From Limisphaerales bacterium (lineage in GTDB: Bacteria; Verrucomicrobiota; Verrucomicrobiia; Limisphaerales; CAIMTB01), in NCBI GenBank assembly GCA_050250555.1, contig JBFWOK010000008.1, positions 4,635-68,634 of the forward strand: 64,000 bases of DNA. The letters run 5' to 3'. A program made the translations under genes and the position numbers. The notes under the pieces are model-generated. The model made no database searches. It saw only the letters and a program-made list of their open reading frames with translations, and was not told where the DNA came from. Position 1 is the stretch's first letter. Each line of letters opens with the position of its first letter. Shown here piece by piece: positions 1 through 7,841 of the stretch.

Positions 1-958
1 CACGGTGTCGGTGGGAGTCGAGGCGAACGTTCGAACGCCGGGAAGCACCACGATTCCGGTGAAGAAATTCTTCGGGATCTGCCGCGAGCTGGGTCATTTC
101 GAGATCGACCTCGAGACGGACGAGAAAAACGTCTGCACGCTGGCGGCTGGAAACTCGTTCTATCGGATCAACGGCCTGCCGGCGGAGGATTTCCCGCCGC
201 TGCCGATGTTCACGGACAAGCGGCATGTGGTTCTTCCGCAGGAGAAGCTCAGGGCGATGCTGAAGAAGACGGCGTTCGCGATCTCCACGGACGAAAGCCG
301 GTATGTGCTGAACGGGATTTATCACAGTCTCAGGAACCACAAGGTGACGCTGGTGGCGACCGACGGAAGGCGTCTGGCGCTGGTGGAGGAGGAAGTCGAG
401 GTGTCGCAGGAGAGCGAAGCCGATTTCATCGTTCCCACCAAGGCGATCAACGAACTGACCCGGTTGCTTCAACCGGGCGGTGAAGTGGCGATCCGGTACA
501 CCGACAATCAGGTGGCGTACACGCTCCGCGGGGAAAAGTCCCCCAACATCCTGGTGATCTCGAAGCTCGTCGAAGGGAACTACCCCAACTACCGGCAGGT
601 GATTCCGAATGAGTTCAAGGAGCGGGTGACGGTGGTTCGCGAGGAACTGCTCCAGGCGTTGCGCCGGGCGGAGATCATGACCAGCGACAAGTCGAACTCG
701 GTCAAGCTGGCCTTCACGAAGAACAATCTCGCCATCACCGCCAACACCCCGGAGGTCGGTGAGGCCCGGGAAAGCCTGGCGATCGCCTACCAGGGTGCCG
801 ATATCGCCATCGCCTTCAACCCGACCTACCTGATGGACCCGCTGAAGGCGCTCGAAGGGGACGAGGTGTACCTGGAGCTGAGCGACGAGTTGAGTCCGGG
901 TGTGGTCAAGACGAACACCCCGTTCCTCTACGTCATCATGCCGATGCGGATGGCTTGA
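1..958 (+). CDS. dnaN: DNA polymerase III beta sliding clamp, C-terminal ~317 aa (5' end lies outside the window)
   Basis: The frame is open to the window edge. The translation has clamp-like motifs 'RYVLNGIY', 'LVATDGRRLA', 'KLVEGNYPNYRQVIP' and 'AFNPTYLMDPLKAL', and ends '...YVIMPMRMA'. Confidence 0.85.
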   Translation, partial: TVSVGVEANVRTPGSTTIPVKKFFGICRELGHFEIDLETDEKNVCTLAAGNSFYRINGLPAEDFPPLPMFTDKRHVVLPQEKLRAMLKKTAFAISTDESRYVLNGIYHSLRNHKVTLVATDGRRLALVEEEVEVSQESEADFIVPTKAINELTRLLQPGGEVAIRYTDNQVAYTLRGEKSPNILVISKLVEGNYPNYRQVIPNEFKERVTVVREELLQALRRAEIMTSDKSNSVKLAFTKNNLAITANTPEVGEARESLAIAYQGADIAIAFNPTYLMDPLKALEGDEVYLELSDELSPGVVKTNTPFLYVIMPMRMA

Positions 959-2174
959 TCGACTGGGCGCCCGCCTGGGCCTGTTTTCGGACGAATCCGA
1001 ACAGGTGGATGCCGAACTGAACGACCAGTCCGAGCCCCACGATGAGGCAGGCGAGGTAGGGCGTCAGCCAGGCGGGATTGCGCACGACCTGCAGGATGGT
1101 GGTGTTTTCCCCGATGAAACTGGCCTGGTAAAAGGTCAGGCCCTGGTAGCGCAACGGGGTGTTCATGTAGATCTTCACCTCGCGATCCTCGCCCGTGGAG
1201 GGGTTCCTCAGTCGGACCTGGCTCGAGTAGTTCTTCGGAATCTCGGTTCCCTTGTACTTGTCGTGGCGGAAGTCGAGCAGGGTCAGGCTGAAATCCCGGT
1301 AATGCCGGCGAAGACGAAGGTTCATGTCGTAGCGCTTGCCCTTCACTTCGAACGACTGGGGCCGCAACAGGTGCTCGCTCAACAGGAAGGAACCCAAGGA
1401 TCCTTCCGGGCTGGTGACTTCAACCACCGCGCTGGGAACGTCCCGGCTGTTGAGGTCGGTGACTCGCGGCAATTCGACCGGCGCGAACTGGGTGGCCAAT
1501 CCGGCCGACACCTTCGGGGCGTCCGCGACGTCGTCCCGGTTCGTGAGAAACGAATTCGGGTAGTAGCGGACCACCTTGAGCTGGAACGGCAGCTCGGGAT
1601 GGGTGACGGAGGCGCCGGTCTGGAGCAGGGAGTCGGGGATGGCGACCACACGGTCGCGGTCCGCCGCCGAGCCGTCGATCACCGCCAGTTCGGTTCGGCG
1701 ATCGCTCTCCGAATAGTTCTTCGTTTCACCCTCCGCCAGTCGCATCGCGGTTTCCCGCGAGAGGACGTCGGTGAAGAGCTGGCCGACCAGAAGGAGGATG
1801 ATTCCCCCGTGAACGAGGACAATCCCCACCTTCTTCCGGGATATTTGAAAGCGGGTGATGTGGGCCGCGAGAAGATTCACCAGCAACAGGCTCCCCAGCA
1901 GGTATCCGCCCGGAAACACCGGGATGTAGGGCGCGTTGAGCACGTCGGAGGCGGTCGACGGCGGCAGGTGGATCTGGACCATCTGCAGGGTCTTCTTGAG
2001 CGCGGCCGTCATCGACGCGAGATCGACGAAGGCGCTTTGGAAGAACCGATCCTGCGCGATGTACAGACCGAGGGGTTCCTGGGCCATCGTACCGAGGAAC
2101 ACGAGCGCCAGGCTGAAGGTGAGCAGCACCAGGGTCAGGCGCAGAGAGGCCAGGGGTTTGAAGATCCAGCTCAT
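936..2174 (-). CDS. resB: ResB/Ccs1-like cytochrome c biogenesis membrane protein
   Basis: N-terminal TM helix 'LRLTLVLLTFSLALVFLGTMAQ', further TM helices, and the C-terminal motif 'MNTPLRYQGLTFYQASF' typical of the ResB family. Its 3' end overlaps dnaN convergently by 23 nt. Confidence 0.7.
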   Translation of the reverse strand: MSWIFKPLASLRLTLVLLTFSLALVFLGTMAQEPLGLYIAQDRFFQSAFVDLASMTAALKKTLQMVQIHLPPSTASDVLNAPYIPVFPGGYLLGSLLLVNLLAAHITRFQISRKKVGIVLVHGGIILLLVGQLFTDVLSRETAMRLAEGETKNYSESDRRTELAVIDGSAADRDRVVAIPDSLLQTGASVTHPELPFQLKVVRYYPNSFLTNRDDVADAPKVSAGLATQFAPVELPRVTDLNSRDVPSAVVEVTSPEGSLGSFLLSEHLLRPQSFEVKGKRYDMNLRLRRHYRDFSLTLLDFRHDKYKGTEIPKNYSSQVRLRNPSTGEDREVKIYMNTPLRYQGLTFYQASFIGENTTILQVVRNPAWLTPYLACLIVGLGLVVQFGIHLFGFVRKQAQAGAQSIKPSASA

Positions 2175-3391
2175 GAGCCGCGGGTGTATTGGGCCGTTTG
2201 AATGAATTGAACGAAGCTCTCCCGGTGGGCCTCCACGGCGGCGGAAGCACCCAGGAGCTTGTAGAACCAGCTGAACCCGTCACGACGCACGATGGCCGCC
2301 ACAATGCGGGAAGTGGAGCCCGTCTCGGGGCTGGTCCCCTCGAAGTCAGCCAGCGTCGCCTTGCCCCCGAGCACATCCAGATTGTCCTGGAGCGCAAGCA
2401 GTTCAGCATCCGGAGCCGGGGAAAGTCCCACCTGGCTTCGCCATCGGTTCAGATTCGGAACCAGACCGCCGGTTTCACCCGGAAATACGCTCACGGTGAC
2501 GTCGGCGGTCGCGCCGTTGGCACCCGGGACCGTCCATTTGCTGTGGACCATCTGAGGCGCGGCCTGCGCCTGCCAGGCTTCGGGGACCTGCCATTTGGGC
2601 TTGGGCGGTTCACCGCTTCCGGAGGGTCGCGACGAGGCGGCGCCGCCAGCCGAAGCGAAGGGGGGCGGGGTTCCCATGCGACCTCCCGCGGACGCCATGC
2701 CGGCGTCGCCCGCGGGGGCCGTGAATTCCACCCCGGCTAGAAACGCCTTCAGCGGCTCCCGTTGGGCCATCACCGAAGCGGCATCGCCGCCCAGCTTGAA
2801 AAACCAGGTGAAGCCTTCGTTGCGGATGGCGGCCACAAGGATCTGGTTGCCCGCGGCCGCGGCATCCGACGACCCCGTCCCAACGATTGAAAAGAGCCGC
2901 ACGGTCTGGCCCGCCACCGTGGTTTCGTCGGTGTGGGCGGGAAGTTCCGATTCGGCGATGGGCGGCAGGCTCAGCTGACCGCGCCAGAGATTCACCAGGT
3001 CGAGGTCGGAGCCCCCTGTGCCCGGCAGGGGAATCACGGCGAGTTCGGCCCTGCCGTTGTCCGCGCCGGCGATCGAAAAGTTGGCGACCCGCATGCCGGA
3101 GGCGCCCAGTTCGGTCCAGCCCGTTGGAAGGTCCTTCCAACGCAAACCCGGTCGCGGGGGCATCTGATCCGGCAACCCACCCGCCATGGATCCGTGCCCC
3201 GGAGGCGGCGCGGCGGGAGGGGCGGCGTCCTTCGGCGCGTCGTAGGCCGCAATCTCCTCGCGCTGGCATCCGGTGGAGACCAGAACCAGGCCGGTCAAGA
3301 CCGCGAGCGTCGGAAGCACGACCGACCAGGAAGGCGAACCCGGCCCGTGCAGGCGCGGGTCGCGGCGATGAGGGAAAAGCAACGAGCGCAC
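2171..3391 (-). CDS. Hypothetical lipoprotein with an internal tandem domain duplication
   Basis: Signal peptide plus lipobox-like 'LVSTGC'. Two roughly 150-aa repeats ('NEGFTWFFKLGGDAASVMAQREPLKAF' and 'RDGFSWFYKLLGASAAVEAHRESFVQF'). Its stop overlaps the resB start (ATGA). Confidence 0.55.
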   Translation of the reverse strand: MRSLLFPHRRDPRLHGPGSPSWSVVLPTLAVLTGLVLVSTGCQREEIAAYDAPKDAAPPAAPPPGHGSMAGGLPDQMPPRPGLRWKDLPTGWTELGASGMRVANFSIAGADNGRAELAVIPLPGTGGSDLDLVNLWRGQLSLPPIAESELPAHTDETTVAGQTVRLFSIVGTGSSDAAAAGNQILVAAIRNEGFTWFFKLGGDAASVMAQREPLKAFLAGVEFTAPAGDAGMASAGGRMGTPPPFASAGGAASSRPSGSGEPPKPKWQVPEAWQAQAAPQMVHSKWTVPGANGATADVTVSVFPGETGGLVPNLNRWRSQVGLSPAPDAELLALQDNLDVLGGKATLADFEGTSPETGSTSRIVAAIVRRDGFSWFYKLLGASAAVEAHRESFVQFIQTAQYTRGS

Positions 3392-3529
3392 AGTCGGCGA
3401 AGGCTAGCGGCGGCTGAAACGATTGCAACGACGAGGGGGCCCGTTGCCACCGACGGAAATCCGATCGCTCGGCGCCCGCGGACCGGGAGGTGGCTGCGAG
3501 GGGAAGACCCGGCGGGCGGGCTGGACGGG

Positions 3530-3967
3530 CTATTCGCCGGTCGATTGGGGCGGGCGCACCATGTCGGGAGTGGTGCCGACCCGGTTGGCTTCCTTGCCCT
3601 CCATGCCCGCGATCAGATCCTGGGCGGCCTGATGGATGTTGAGGTCCATGCGGCTGGCGTCCTCGGCCATGATGGTTTGAACCTGCGTCACGATGCCCAG
3701 GAGCGCGGTCTTCTGGGTTTCCGAGAGGCTTTCGTGAGCCTCCTTGGCTGCCTTCGCCAGCGCGGAGGTTCCCTCCATGAGTTTCCCGGCGTTCAGGGAT
3801 TTGGCGGCGGCGTCGACCTGCGACTTCAACGAAGCGTCCGCATCAGCGAACGCGGCCAGCAGTTCGGACGTGTCCATCTTGGTCTTGGCGGCGCCGCCAC
3901 AACCGGCCGTGATGAAGCAGGCGGTCAGGGCGACGAGGGAGGCGAACTTGAGCAGGGCGGTTTTCAT
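3530..3967 (-). CDS. Small hypothetical lipoprotein (helical, A/K/E-rich)
   Basis: Signal peptide with lipobox 'ITAGC'. Coding-like composition. No recognisable family. Confidence 0.5.
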   Translation of the reverse strand: MKTALLKFASLVALTACFITAGCGGAAKTKMDTSELLAAFADADASLKSQVDAAAKSLNAGKLMEGTSALAKAAKEAHESLSETQKTALLGIVTQVQTIMAEDASRMDLNIHQAAQDLIAGMEGKEANRVGTTPDMVRPPQSTGE

Positions 3968-4130
3968 GGCGATCGGATCGGTTGGACGGACGGACTGTCC
4001 AGCGCGTCGGCGGCGGGTCTATCACAAAGCGCAAGCCCGGGCGAGACCCTCGCCAATCTTGCGCCGCCGACCCCGGGCGGCGACGGTAGCGGCCCCGCCG
4101 GGGAACCCGCCGAAGGTCGCCTGGCGAACC

Positions 4131-4961
4131 ATGAAGATCGGCTACCACTTCGCGCTGCGTTGGGCCTTGTGGAAACGCTTGAGCTATGCCCGCCGGCTGG
4201 CCGTCGTCGCAAGGGCTCCCCAACCCCTCGCGCCCGCTACCGACGCCACGCTCTACGCGTTCTCGGGAACCCGGGACCTGCCCGAACAGGTGGCTTCCCT
4301 GAAGTCCTTTCTCAGGCATGCCGCCGATCCGAAACGCATCGTCATCGTGGGGGATGGAACCCATACCGAATCGGATCGGGCTGTCCTTCGGTCGGTGCAT
4401 CCCCGCCTGGAGACCGTTCCCTGGGATTCGTTTCTTGGGCACGCCGTCCCCGAGGTCCTCCTCGCCTATGCCCGGGCTCATCCGCTCGGAAAGAAGATCG
4501 CGGTTCTGTTGTCGGTGCCGGCTTCGGGTCCCTGGGTGTTCAGCGATTCCGATATCCTGTTTTTCCCTGGCGCGGCGGACCTGCGGGAGCGGTTGGCGCC
4601 CGGAAGGAACGACGTGGAATACCTGGAGGACTGCTACCCGTCGCTCGACGGACGGCTGATTCGGGACGAGGCCGAGAAGGAGGCGCCGGTGAACAGCGGT
4701 TTCGTGATCGTCCATCGTCCCCTCGACTGGAGCGAAGCGCTGGAACGTTTCGCGGGGATGTCCGGCGAGCCGGGATACTTCACGGAACAGACGCTCTTCC
4801 ACCTCACGATCCGCCGGAGCGGAGGCCGGGCTCTGCCGAAGGACCGGTACGTGATCCAGAGCGACGACCAGTGGATCGCGCGGGACCTGCACACGGGACC
4901 CGACGTGGCGCTCAGGCACTACTTCAGTTCGCTCCGGTACAAGATGTGGCTGAAGGTCTGA
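4131..4961 (+). CDS. Putative glycosyltransferase (nucleotide-diphospho-sugar transferase fold, GT8-like)
   Basis: The in-frame ATG at 4131 ('MKIGYHFALRW') is chosen over the 3744 start, which overlaps the opposite-strand lipoprotein gene. DxD-like 'FSDSDILFF' and 'VNSGFVIV' motifs are present. Confidence 0.4.
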   Translation: MKIGYHFALRWALWKRLSYARRLAVVARAPQPLAPATDATLYAFSGTRDLPEQVASLKSFLRHAADPKRIVIVGDGTHTESDRAVLRSVHPRLETVPWDSFLGHAVPEVLLAYARAHPLGKKIAVLLSVPASGPWVFSDSDILFFPGAADLRERLAPGRNDVEYLEDCYPSLDGRLIRDEAEKEAPVNSGFVIVHRPLDWSEALERFAGMSGEPGYFTEQTLFHLTIRRSGGRALPKDRYVIQSDDQWIARDLHTGPDVALRHYFSSLRYKMWLKV

Positions 4962-4976
4962 AGGTCTGGACGGTGC

Positions 4977-5993
4977 TCAAGGACTCCGGCCGCGGAGACG
5001 TCGGATGAGCCGGAAGAGCCAGGGCGCGTACAGCTTCAGGCCCAATCGGATGACGGGAACCGGCGGGATGGTTCGGAATTTGGGGTAACCGGCGAGGAAC
5101 GACCGAAAGGCGGACCGGGCCGCGGCGGGCTCGTTCAGCGCGTCGTGACCCAAGGCTAGGTAGAACGTTCGACGGTGTTCCTGGACCTTCGAGGCTTCCA
5201 ACGCGACGGGACCGAGCTGGGCGCCCAGCGTCCGAAACGCCTTCAGTTCCCGGTGGGTGCGGGCCACCAGCGAGGTCGATGTCCAGGACCCCCCCGCGAT
5301 CCGGTACACGCTCATTGGGGAGTCCGGCAGGTAACCAAAGGTCCCGCGGGAGGCGAGAATCGAGACCATCGAGAGATCGGTCAGTTCGAGATCGTTGAAC
5401 CAGGGTGGCAAGGTCCCCAGGACGTCCCGTCGAAAAAGGATGCTCGTCGTGTGCGGGAACATGTCGGCGATGACCTCGCGCAGACCCAGGTCGCGCTTCA
5501 CCGTCTCCGACAGGTAGAGGCGTTTCCGGTCCAGCTCGGGGCCGTCCTGAACGTAGCAATCGTGGAAACAGGCGGAGCAATCGGGCCGCGCGTCCAGGAA
5601 GTCCGCCTGCTTCTGGAGCTTCAAGGGGCTGGTCCAGTAGTCGTCGCCCTCCAGCAGGATGGCGTATGGCGCTCGCGCGACGGTGTAGACGGAGAGGAAG
5701 TTGAACTTCCCGAAGAATCCGAGGTTCTTCGGGTGCAGGAAGGCCCGGAGACGCCCGGGATATTGACGGGCGTACTCGGCGACGATTTCGCGGCTGCCGT
5801 CGGTCGAGCAGTCGTCGCCGACCAGGATCTCGACGGGAAAGGAGGTTTGCTGCGCGAGAGCGCTGTCGAGGGCCTGCCGCAGGGTGGCGGCGTGGTTGAA
5901 CGTGATGATGAGGACGCTGACCTTCGGATGGGTGGGAAGGGCGGGGGGAACGGGTTCGGGCGAAGCCGGGGACGAAGCGGAGACTGGCTTCAT
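4977..5993 (-). CDS. Family 2 glycosyltransferase
   Basis: 'VSVLIITFNHAATLRQALDSALAQQT...EILVGDDCSTDGSREIV' is the GT2 signature. The start is set at the ATG at 5993 ('MKPVSAS') because the longer ORF (to 6068) runs into a REP-like repeat. Confidence 0.85.
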   Translation of the reverse strand: MKPVSASSPASPEPVPPALPTHPKVSVLIITFNHAATLRQALDSALAQQTSFPVEILVGDDCSTDGSREIVAEYARQYPGRLRAFLHPKNLGFFGKFNFLSVYTVARAPYAILLEGDDYWTSPLKLQKQADFLDARPDCSACFHDCYVQDGPELDRKRLYLSETVKRDLGLREVIADMFPHTTSILFRRDVLGTLPPWFNDLELTDLSMVSILASRGTFGYLPDSPMSVYRIAGGSWTSTSLVARTHRELKAFRTLGAQLGPVALEASKVQEHRRTFYLALGHDALNEPAAARSAFRSFLAGYPKFRTIPPVPVIRLGLKLYAPWLFRLIRRLRGRSP

Positions 5994-5999
5994 GGGGGT

Positions 6000-6300
6000 A
6001 TCAACGAGTTGAGACTCGCGCGCTGGATCCATGAACCCGAGGGGCATCACACGGAGGCGCGGAGGCACGGAAGGGGACGGAATCCATCCTCAAATCTCCG
6101 TGTCTCAGTGCCTCCGTGAGAGAATTCCGGTTCATGGGTAGCATCAACGAGTTGCGACTCGCGCGTTGGATCCATGAACGGCGGACGATTCCACCACGAA
6201 GACACGAAGATCACGAAGAAGACGGGTGGATTGGATACCTTCTTTTCGCTCGGTCTTCGTGTCCTTCGTGCGCTTCGTGGTTAATTGCCGGTTCATGGAG
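6000..6300. repeat. Two tandem type-A REP/MITE-like hairpin elements (about 6000-6138 and 6141-6300)
   Basis: Each copy has the leader 'atcaacgagttg.gactcgcgcg.tggatccatgaac', an imperfect long hairpin and a closing 'ggttcatgg' inverted end. Copy 1 arms are 'cacggaggcgcggaggcacgga' and 'tccgtgtctcagtgcctccgtg'. Copy 2 arms are 'ccacgaagacacgaagatcacgaagaa' and 'ttcgtgtccttcgtgcgcttcgtgg'. Related copies lie at 13292, 17315, 34425 and 44512. Confidence 0.85.
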
Positions 6301-6304
6301 CGTA

Positions 6305-7537
6305 TCAGGAGGCGGCTTTGTTGGACCCCGACGCGAGACCGCGCCGCACCGGGTCTGGATCCGAAAGGGCCGTCTTCACGATGCCGCAAAGCACGTCGAT
6401 GTCGGCGGCCGAAATGGCGGTCCCGGTCGGGAGCACGATGACTCGTTCCGACATCCGTTCGGTTCTGGGAAGCAGGAGGCCGGCATGCGGAAAATAGGAG
6501 CGGTACGGTTCCATCCGATGGCAGCCGGGCCAGAAGTAGCGCCGGGCGATGACATTCTCGGCGTGGAGCACGGCGACGAGTTCATCCCGCGTGAGGCCCG
6601 CGGTGTCGGGGTCGAGTTCGATGACGATGTACTGGAAGTTGCACCGCTCCGATTCGTCGTACTTGAGAAGCGACACCGAAGGCACGCCGGCCAAGGCCTG
6701 GACATAGGCGTGGTAGTTGCGCCGATTCACTTCCACGAGGTCATCGAGGCCCTCGAGACTCGTCAGACCCATCGCGGCGCAGACCTCCGTCATCTTCCCG
6801 TTCGTCCCGATGAACACGACCTTGTCGTACCCCGCGAACCCGAAGTTCTTCATGAGACGAATCCGGGCCGCGAGTTCGTCGTCGTCGGTCGCAATCGCGC
6901 CGCCTTCGAACGAGTTGAGAAACTTCGTGGCGTGGAAGCTGAACACCTCGGCGCGGCCAAATCCGCCGATCATGCGGCCCCGATGGGAACAGGCGAACGC
7001 GTGGGCCGCGTCGAACATCAGCGTCAGTCCGTGTCGGGCGGCGATCTCGGTCAGCGCGTCGATGGCGCAGGGCCGACCCCACACGTGGGTGCCGATGATC
7101 CCGGTGGTGCGGGGCGTGATGAGGCGTTCCACCTGCTCGGGATCGAGGGTGTGGGTGCGTTCGTCGACGTCGCAGAAGACGGGTGTGATCTCCTGCCACT
7201 GGAGCGCGTGGGCGGTGGCGACGAAGGTGTAGGAGGGGACGATCACCTCGCCGTGGAGCTGGGCGGCCCGGATGGCGATCTCGAGACCCACCGTCGCGTT
7301 GCACACGGGAATGCAGTGTCGAACCCCGATCAGGTGGCACAGGCGGCGTTCGAACTCCTGAACGAACGGTCCGTTGTTGCTGAGCCAACGCCGGTCGAGC
7401 ATGTCGTTGAACCGTTCGAAAAGGCGCGCGCGGTCCGCGATGTTCGGGCGGCCCACATGGAGGGGCTGCGCGAAGGCCGGCGAACCGCCGCAGACGGCGA
7501 GGTCGCCGACCCGGCCCGTGGAGGAGGAAGTGTTCAT
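6305..7537 (-). CDS. DegT/DnrJ/EryC1/StrS-family PLP-dependent sugar aminotransferase
   Basis: 'NGPFVQEFERRLCHLIGVRHCIPVCNATVGLEIA', 'VIVPSYTFVATAHAL' and 'FSFHATKFLNSFEGGAI' (the PLP-lysine context) are present. Confidence 0.85.
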   Translation of the reverse strand: MNTSSSTGRVGDLAVCGGSPAFAQPLHVGRPNIADRARLFERFNDMLDRRWLSNNGPFVQEFERRLCHLIGVRHCIPVCNATVGLEIAIRAAQLHGEVIVPSYTFVATAHALQWQEITPVFCDVDERTHTLDPEQVERLITPRTTGIIGTHVWGRPCAIDALTEIAARHGLTLMFDAAHAFACSHRGRMIGGFGRAEVFSFHATKFLNSFEGGAIATDDDELAARIRLMKNFGFAGYDKVVFIGTNGKMTEVCAAMGLTSLEGLDDLVEVNRRNYHAYVQALAGVPSVSLLKYDESERCNFQYIVIELDPDTAGLTRDELVAVLHAENVIARRYFWPGCHRMEPYRSYFPHAGLLLPRTERMSERVIVLPTGTAISAADIDVLCGIVKTALSDPDPVRRGLASGSNKAAS

Positions 7538-7841
7538 GCCGGCGTTGTTTGCCGAGAAACGGCTGGAGTGGAGTGACGCGATCCCCGAATGGCTTGGTCT
7601 GGCCTATGGCCCGGGCCTGGATGAAGCGGACCCGCGCCGAGCCGGCCGTCGTGGCGCGCAGGCTAGGAGTCCGACGTTCACAGGTCAACGGGCCAAGGCT
7701 CGGGTGGAAGGCGATGGGTGGAGCGGCCCACCCACCCATCCGGGATTCGGTCCCCGCGACAAGGAGTGAACGAAACGTTGATCCGAACGATCGTTGCAGT
7801 AGACCTTTTGAACAGCGGACCGGAGTCCTGAGCGCGAAACC

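Noticed and set aside
4977-6068. Longer N-terminal extensions suggested by the ORF track for several genes: 4977-6068, 34509-36248, 53328-54713, 60427-61320, 10079-12226, 14790-16901, 3744-4961 and 54059-56233.
   Set aside because: The extensions run through REP-like repeats or through the coding region of the neighbouring gene in another frame, and they lack protein-like composition. Internal starts give canonical N-termini (signal peptides, the prepilin motif) and often ATGA coupling.
6000-6300. The dispersed repeats (types A and B) as a CRISPR array.
   Set aside because: The copies are scattered singly or in pairs over 47 kb in both orientations, are 100-140 bp long, and are internally palindromic. 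There is no regular repeat-spacer periodicity and no cas genes in the window.
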